Assembly (NCBI GenBank): GCA_947472645.1
Contig: CANJBQ010000066.1
Coordinates: 1-12,713 of the forward strand
Direction: 5' to 3'
Length of the DNA stretch: 12,713 bases
Source: Burkholderiaceae bacterium
Lineage (GTDB): Bacteria > Pseudomonadota > Gammaproteobacteria > Burkholderiales > Burkholderiaceae
In this document: positions 12,303 through 12,713 of the stretch, one piece after another
Layout: every line of letters starts with the position of its first letter
How positions within the stretch are numbered: position 1 is the stretch's first letter
The notes under the pieces: generated by a model
What the model saw: only the letters and a program-made list of their open reading frames with translations
Databases searched by the model: none
What the model was told of the DNA's origin: nothing
Made by a program: the position numbers and the translations under genes

Positions 12303-12713
12303 TTAGTTAGGCTTACAAAACTTAGATTGATGATTTTTTATACCACTAAAAACTAGATATGATGTCATCAAGATACTTAATGTAAAAAATATGAATGTTA
12401 CTAATGTAAATGAATTATAAAGCAAGTAAATAGTCAAGGAGATATAAATCACACCTGTTGCAATTGAGCTATAAAGTGCCCATGATATGTCAAATAAAAG
12501 ACCGATTGATTCAGATAGGCGCAATAACCCAAGAGAGAAGAAAACTAGCGCAATTTGAAAAATTACTTCACTATTTTGTGACTGAAACAAAGATAATAAG
12601 AAAGTTAAAATGACATCTTGATTTTTAAAAATAAATTTGAAGGAATTATTGAAATCCATATCACCTGAGGTTTCAGAGATATAGTAAAAAACACTCGCTA
12701 AGCCAAAAGCCAT
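12303..12713 (-). CDS. Small integral membrane protein (at least 136 aa, about four TM segments); its ATG is the last 3 nt of the window, so the true start may lie outside
   Basis: Several long hydrophobic segments. It ends 25 nt upstream of the OMP gene on the same strand, so the two probably form an operon. Confidence 0.55.
   Translation of the reverse strand: MAFGLASVFYYISETSGDMDFNNSFKFIFKNQDVILTFLLSLFQSQNSEVIFQIALVFFSLGLLRLSESIGLLFDISWALYSSIATGVIYISLTIYLLYNSFTLVTFIFFTLSILMTSYLVFSGIKNHQSKFCKPN

Overview
Mosaic accessory region from an AT-rich bacterial replicon. A Legionella-like gammaproteobacterial origin is only my impression from codon usage. I found no rRNA, tRNA or CRISPR array.

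Left to right:
(1) The 3' end of an IS3-family insertion sequence (1-191).
(2) A YcgR-like PilZ c-di-GMP receptor gene, broken by a 1-nt frameshift exactly between its RRxxxR and DxSxxG motifs.
(3) Two orphan ORFs.
(4) An AT-rich lipid-type cluster: an ArnE/F-like small flippase convergent with a BtaA-family (DUF3419) gene followed by a CelD/FemAB-like GNAT gene. No btaB methyltransferase is present.
(5) A GC-richer block of about 5.4 kb (about 5711-11125). It carries a 407-aa tyrosine integrase, a 188-aa catalytic-domain-only tyrosine recombinase and four ORFs of unknown function, separated by unusually repeat-rich intergenic regions.
(6) An AT-rich operon encoding a small membrane protein and an outer-membrane beta-barrel protein.

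The most notable structures:
- A 1.36 kb one-gene cassette (306-aa ORF, iteron-like repeats, AT-rich tract) is bracketed by direct copies of a 30-nt core-site-like repeat. Each copy abuts the 3' end of one of the two convergent recombinase genes.
- A 26/28-nt direct repeat pair lies 9,051 bp apart (1912 and 10963) and could be attL/attR of a larger composite island.
- The btaA-without-btaB lipid cluster.

All functional calls rest on motif recognition by eye. No database search was possible.
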